A DNA stretch of 64,000 nt from Octopus sinensis (Eukaryota): assembly GCF_006345805.1 (NCBI RefSeq), contig NC_043005.1, positions 28,644,001 to 28,708,000 of the forward strand, written 5' to 3'. Positions 62,101 through 64,000 of this stretch are shown here, one piece after another. Both the position numbers and the translations under genes were made by a program. Numbering within the stretch: position 1 is the first letter of the stretch; every line of letters begins with the position of its first letter. A model generated the notes under the pieces. The model did no database searches. It worked only from the letters and a program-made list of their open reading frames with translations, and was not told where the DNA came from.

Positions 62101-64000
62101 TTAGAGAACTAAGATTCTGTTAAATTTGTAACATTTCAGTTTTGAAAAAGTTTTAAGAGAATTGAGTATTTATTATTATTATCATTATTTTTATTATTAT
62201 TCAAATTCTGCCGAAGTTGACTTTGCCTTTCATCTTTTCAGGGTCAATTAAATGAGTACCTGTTATGCACTGGGGCTGACTAATTAACTATCCCCTTCCC
62301 CAAAAATTTTCATGGCATTGTGCCTAGAGTAGAAATAATAATAATAATAATAATTATTATTATATTATTATTATTATTATTACTACTACTGGTGGCAAAC
62401 TGGCGGAATCGTTAGCATGCTGAGTGGAATGCTTAGCAGTATTTCGTCTGTCCTTGCATTCAGAGTTCAAATTCCACTGAGGTCAACTTTGCTTTTCATC
62501 CTTTCAGGGTCAATAAATTAAGTACCAGTTGTGTACTGGGGGTTGATTTAATCAATTTAACCCCTCACCCAAAATTCCATCCCTTGTGCCTTTAGTAGAA
62601 AGGATTATCATTATTAAGGCAGCAAGCTGGCAGAAGCGTTAGCCCGCCTGGCAAAATGCTTAGTGCTATTTTGTCTGCCATTACGTTCTGAGTTCAAATT
62701 CCACCGAGGTCGACTTTGCCCTTCATCCTTTCGGGGTTGATAAATTAAACACCAGTTACACACTAGGATCGATGTAATTGACTTAATCCCTTTGTCTGTC
62801 CTTGTTTGTCCCCTCTATGTATAGCCCCTTATGGGCAATAAAGAAATAAGAATTGTTAGCACACCAGGCCAAATGCTTAGTGGCATCTTGCTTATCTTTA
62901 CATTTCTGAGTTCAAATTCCATCAAGGTTGACTTTGCCTTTCATCCTTTCAGGATCAATGAAATAATTACCGGTTGAGAAGTGGGGTCAATGTAATTGAC
63001 CTAACCCCTTCCCCAAACATTTCAGGCCTTGTACCTATTGTTGAAAAGATTATTATTATTCTTATTATCATTATTATTATTATTATTATTATTCTACCAA
63101 GGTCAACTTTTCCTTTCATCCTTTTGGGGTCAATAAAAATAAGAACCAGTTGGGCACTGGGGTCAATGTAATCGACTCATACTCTCCCCCAAAACTGTTG
63201 CCCTTGTGGCAAAATTTGAAACCATTATTATTATTATTATTATTATGATTATTATTATTATTATTTTTGAGTTGAAATCCCACTGAGATCAACTTTCTTT
63301 CATTCTTTCAAGAGTTGATAAAATAAAGTACCAGTCAAGTACCTTTCAAGAGTTGATAAAATAAAGTGCCAGTCAAGTACCATTGGAGTCCACGTAATTG
63401 ACTGACCCACCCCCACCCCATTTAAAACTGCTGGCCTTGTCCCAAAATTTGAAATAACTGTTACTGTTGTTGTTATTGTTTAACACTTTAGCATTTAAAC
63501 AGGCCATTTCTATTCCAAATATTCTACAATCTCATTCCAAAAATAAGCAATCACATCATTGAAATCTCAAAGCTATAAGATAATCCATGATTGATTCGAA
63601 ACAATTTCTGTTTTATTAGATAAGTGACTGTGTGTCACTTTGAAAACTATATATTTCAAACAATAATTTAGCAACGCCATCTCTAGCTGAACAGTTATTC
63701 CCTGCTGATAAAGGGAAATAACCCAGAAATCGTGATACACAGATATTTTGTACTGAGTGGGGATGCTAAACTCCCTTGTTTGAAAATATAAGGACAGATT
63801 GTGTGTCATATAGCCAGCTGGAGATGATGTTTTCTGGGGTTAAATAACTATAACATTCAACTGCCACATTATGTTGGCAAATAATCTAATGTAAATCACA
63901 TTCGACAGAATAATCTGAATGCTAAAGAAAAATAATTTTAACTTTTCTTCATTGATATTTCAGTTGGGGCTCTGGAGCTAATCCATGGGGCCCTGAAAAA
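12278..64000 (+). CDS. DGKQ: Diacylglycerol kinase theta (type V DGK), spliced and partial: join(12278-12422,22896-23009,25982-26079,28565-28637,34402-34540,35045-35135,38039-38149,40800-40950,42780-42937,46897-47051,54437-54585,55610-55718,58508-58714,61797-61952,63964->64000); upstream exons lie before the window or were not found
   Basis: Manual translation gives one continuous frame across 15 GT-AG exons with matching phases. DAGKc motifs [26 protein letters not shown] and [15 protein letters not shown]; accessory motifs [11 protein letters not shown] and [14 protein letters not shown]. The C1 end + RA + catalytic order fits the theta subtype. Confidence 0.95.
14353..14496. repeat. Degenerate ~41-bp tandem repeat, ~3 units
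   Basis: TGCATTAGC recurs at 14389, 14430 and 14472. Confidence 0.7.
15235..15298. repeat. (TA)n microsatellite
   Basis: Direct reading. Confidence 0.95.
15367..15885 (+). mobile_element. tRNA-derived SINE, family A-related subfamily
   Basis: TGGCTCAGTGG A box, GTTCAATT B box, CTTGAGCAAG core and family A 3' half. Confidence 0.8.
18036..18464. mobile_element. Inverted-repeat hammerhead element copy 2 with internal tRNA-like head
   Basis: Inverted arms 18036-18240 and 18326-18464; TSD TTCCTCTT(C/G)TAT at 18023-18034 and 18465-18476; A box 18258-18268, B box 18303-18312. Confidence 0.85.
18114..18159 (-). ncRNA. Minimal type I hammerhead ribozyme motif, best-preserved copy
   Basis: GACAC-CTGATGA-A-GGCTGGAGGGTATATCAGCT-GAAAC-GTT-GTGTT. 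Confidence 0.78.
20600..20647. repeat. 16-bp tandem repeat x3 (ATTTGTAGCCCTGTAC)
   Basis: Direct reading. Confidence 0.9.
22330..22770. repeat. Degenerate ~38-40 bp minisatellite (ATGCTATATCCATGTTCTCTCA.AATAGCT-like)
   Basis: TATCCATGTTC/TATCTATGTTC core recurs about ten times. Confidence 0.75.
22896..23009 (+). CDS. DGKQ: DGK theta exon: charged linker ([37 protein letters not shown])
   Basis: ttccag acceptor, gttagt donor; 114 nt, phase 1/1, joins neighbours in frame. Confidence 0.88.
23800..24260. mobile_element. Inverted-repeat hammerhead element copy 3 with internal tRNA-like head (both GAAA cores mutated to AAAA)
   Basis: Same layout as copy 2; TSD AACCTCACT(A/G)GT at 23787-23798 and 24261-24272; A box TGGCGTAGTGG 24032-24042, B box GTTCGATTCC 24077-24086. 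Confidence 0.85.
24803..25130 (+). mobile_element. tRNA-derived SINE family A (internally deleted)
   Basis: AGGTGCAGGAGTGGCTGTGTGGTAAG head, GGTTCAGTCCC B box, internal TA/TG microsatellite. Confidence 0.9.
25490..25855 (-). mobile_element. tRNA-derived SINE family A
   Basis: Reverse complement of the family A consensus. Confidence 0.9.
25982..26079 (+). CDS. DGKQ: DGK theta exon: first RA-like region ([32 protein letters not shown])
   Basis: tttcag acceptor, gtaagt donor; 98 nt, phase 1 to 0. Confidence 0.92.
26289..26603. mobile_element. Inverted-repeat hammerhead element copy 4, near-perfect palindrome with a ~5-nt spacer
   Basis: ...CCTAAGGTATTT ATGGA AAAATACCTTAGG... centre at ~26457; degenerate hammerheads at 26368-26413 (-) and 26504-26546 (+). 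Confidence 0.85.
26775..28085 (+). mobile_element. Near full-length degenerate mariner transposon (transposase pseudogene ~26963-28033)
   Basis: TIRs TTACCCAAAAGTAACCAGAA / TTCCGGTTTCTTTTGGGTAACCCCTTGTA; remnants [38 protein letters not shown] and [21 protein letters not shown]. Confidence 0.92.
28178..28404. mobile_element. piggyBac-type MITE
   Basis: TTAACACTTTTGTTGC...GCAACAAAAGGGTTAA inverted ends with TTAA; related fragments near 16130-16335, 23520-23700 and 42966-43110. Confidence 0.65.
28565..28637 (+). CDS. DGKQ: DGK theta exon ([24 protein letters not shown])
   Basis: poly-T/cag acceptor, gtaagt donor; 73 nt, phase 0 to 1. Confidence 0.92.
29940..30357 (+). mobile_element. Young family C retroposon with four ~60-bp internal repeats and (GAT)n tail
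   Basis: Near-identical units GCCAGCCTCGTCTGGCACCTGTGTCGGTGGCACATAA; CpGs intact. Confidence 0.9.
31884..32200 (-). mobile_element. CR1/L2-like LINE 3' end remnant
   Basis: Minus strand ...LFKEALD..., then AATAAA and an (ATTTG)n tail. Confidence 0.45.
32332..32408. repeat. 19-bp tandem repeat x4 (CATTCGGGCCCATGTCTCA)
   Basis: Direct reading. Confidence 0.9.
33026..33117 (-). mobile_element. Solo fragment of the hammerhead element arm (degenerate)
   Basis: ATTATTTACATTTGATGGAT..GCTGATATACCCTCCAGCCTTCAT matches the arms of copies 1-4. Confidence 0.8.
33150..34170 (-). mobile_element. RTE-clade LINE RT remnant split by family C (33405-33704) and family B (33731-33961) insertions
   Basis: [34 protein letters not shown] and [30 protein letters not shown]. 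Confidence 0.8.
33731..33961 (+). mobile_element. Young full-length tRNA-derived SINE family B
   Basis: GGCGGCGAGCTGGCAGAAACGTTAG head, GTTCAAATTCC B box, GTCGACTTTGCCTTTCATCCTTTCGGGGTCGATAAATTAAGTACC core; CpGs intact. Confidence 0.9.
34402..34540 (+). CDS. DGKQ: DGK theta exon ([45 protein letters not shown])
   Basis: tttcag acceptor, gtaggt donor; 139 nt, phase 1 to 2. Confidence 0.92.
35045..35135 (+). CDS. DGKQ: DGK theta exon: RA domain ([30 protein letters not shown])
   Basis: ttgtag acceptor, gtaaaa donor; 91 nt, phase 2 to 0. Confidence 0.9.
37803..37886. repeat. (CT)n microsatellite ~150 bp upstream of exon 38039
   Basis: Direct reading. Confidence 0.95.
38039..38149 (+). CDS. 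DGKQ: DGK theta exon: RA domain ([37 protein letters not shown])
   Basis: tttcag acceptor, gtaaga donor; 111 nt, phase 0/0. Confidence 0.93.
39206..39690 (+). mobile_element. RTE/RTE-X-like LINE 3' remnant
   Basis: [50 protein letters not shown]. Confidence 0.8.
40800..40950 (+). CDS. DGKQ: DGK theta exon ([50 protein letters not shown])
   Basis: ctcatag acceptor, gtaaga donor; 151 nt, phase 0 to 1. Confidence 0.93.
41092..41525 (+). mobile_element. R4/Dong-clade LINE 3' remnant following an (AAT)n tract
   Basis: [25 protein letters not shown] zinc-knuckle region and [20 protein letters not shown]. Confidence 0.8.
41829..42363 (+). mobile_element. R4/Dong-clade LINE 3' remnant ending in (AAT)n
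   Basis: [58 protein letters not shown] (PD..D/E.K nuclease motif). Confidence 0.85.
42780..42937 (+). CDS. DGKQ: DGK theta exon ([52 protein letters not shown])
   Basis: ttctcag acceptor, gtaagg donor; 158 nt, phase 1 to 0. Confidence 0.93.
44613..45050 (+). mobile_element. Full-length tRNA-derived SINE family A (CORE-like CCTTGGGCAAGT segment)
   Basis: Head with A/B boxes, core, internal microsatellite and AAGTAAAAGAG tail. Confidence 0.92.
45045..45240. repeat. Nested inverted duplication A-B-A'-B' (26 bp + 73 bp)
   Basis: 45045-45070 pairs with 45142-45167 (perfect); 45069-45141 pairs with 45168-45240 (2 mismatches). Confidence 0.92.
46189..46449 (+). mobile_element. Second hammerhead-bearing repeat family with 32-bp inverted termini; related copy at ~63620-63890
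   Basis: AGTAAAGATTGTTTGCCAACATAACACAGCAG / CTGCCATGTTATGTAGGCAAACAATCTTTACT; CTGTG-CTGATGA-A-GGGAAATAACCC-GAAA..TA-CACAG at 46246-46288. Confidence 0.65.
46897..47051 (+). CDS. DGKQ: DGK theta exon: start of catalytic domain ([52 protein letters not shown])
   Basis: tttcag acceptor, gtaaat donor; 155 nt, phase 0 to 2. Confidence 0.96.
47173..47562 (+). mobile_element. tRNA-derived SINE family A
   Basis: Matches the 44613 copy. Confidence 0.9.
48905..49680 (+). mobile_element. R4/Dong-clade LINE 3' remnant flanked by (AAT)n on both sides
   Basis: [49 protein letters not shown], then [31 protein letters not shown]. Confidence 0.85.
50515..50925. repeat. Degenerate ~20-bp minisatellite (GAGGTGCACAGTATGGCACA-like)
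   Basis: GTGCACA/GTACACA cores recur at about 20-nt spacing. Confidence 0.7.
52843..53137 (+). mobile_element. Repeat between (TA)n tracts carrying a third, decayed hammerhead-like motif (53013-53048)
   Basis: CTTT-CTGTTGA-A-GAGT GTAG GCTC-AAAA-CATA-AAAG; reverts to hammerhead geometry by CpG-type changes plus one core change. Confidence 0.4.
53168..54033 (-). mobile_element. Internally deleted Tc1/mariner (DD37D/maT-like) transposon
   Basis: Minus strand [69 protein letters not shown]; terminal TACAGGGTGCGATGGGCAAATTG at 54033. Confidence 0.85.
54437..54585 (+). CDS. DGKQ: DGK theta exon with GGDG ATP-binding motif ([49 protein letters not shown])
   Basis: tttcag acceptor, gtatgg donor; 149 nt, phase 2 to 1. 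Confidence 0.97.
55610..55718 (+). CDS. DGKQ: DGK theta exon ([37 protein letters not shown])
   Basis: ttacag acceptor, gtaagt donor; 109 nt, phase 1 to 2. Confidence 0.97.
56850..57450 (-). mobile_element. Possible R4-clade LINE RT remnant
   Basis: Weak frame-broken similarity (NGG.. and NWLK motifs) only. Confidence 0.35.
57651..58016 (+). mobile_element. tRNA-derived SINE family A (5' truncated)
   Basis: Matches the 44613 copy. Confidence 0.9.
58508..58714 (+). CDS. DGKQ: DGK theta exon into accessory domain ([11 protein letters not shown]...[34 protein letters not shown])
   Basis: tgatag acceptor, gtatgt donor; 207 nt, phase 2/2. Confidence 0.96.
59150..59930 (-). mobile_element. Degenerate mariner (Mos1/Hsmar1-like) transposase remnant
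   Basis: Minus strand ETTCNIN.. and TCDEK-like segments, heavily frameshifted. Confidence 0.6.
59934..60135. mobile_element. piggyBac-type MITE
   Basis: TTAACCCTTT...GGGGTTAA termini; related fragment at ~63478-63600. Confidence 0.6.
61797..61952 (+). CDS. DGKQ: DGK theta exon, accessory domain ([51 protein letters not shown])
   Basis: ttcaaag acceptor, gtaaga donor; 156 nt, phase 2/2. Confidence 0.96.
62200..63460 (+). mobile_element. Head-to-tail cluster of about six family B SINE copies separated by (ATT)n tails
   Basis: GACTTTGCCTTTCATCC core recurs near 62219, 62488, 62711, 62929, 63104 and 63292. Confidence 0.85.
63964..64000 (+). CDS. DGKQ: DGK theta exon, truncated by the window edge ([13 protein letters not shown])
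   Basis: tttcag acceptor; phase 2 continues [14 protein letters not shown]. Confidence 0.94.

Overview
A 64 kb, AT-rich animal genomic window. The repeat families resemble those I recall from octopod cephalopods (inference, not verified). It carries one protein-coding gene: 15 plus-strand, phase-compatible GT-AG exons (12278-64000, 1893 coding nt, 631 codons) of a diacylglycerol kinase theta (type V DGK). These encode the end of the third C1 domain, RA-like segments, an RRM-like LFVGNL segment, the GGDG catalytic domain and the start of the accessory domain. The gene runs off both window ends. The introns are packed with tRNA-derived SINEs, (GAT)n-tailed non-autonomous retroposons, RTE, CR1-like and R4/Dong LINE remnants, four Tc1/mariner remnants, MITEs and microsatellites. 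The most striking unannotated signal is a family of 315-460 bp inverted-repeat retroelements (2527-2864, 18036-18464, 23800-24260, 26289-26603). Each arm carries a minimal type I hammerhead ribozyme motif, three copies have 11-12 bp target-site duplications, and two contain an internal tRNA-like Pol III head. Two further hammerhead-like repeat families are present. Other notable items: a candidate 48-nt cassette exon, a duplicated splice acceptor, a template-switch inversion and a CpG-rich antisense promoter-like insert.
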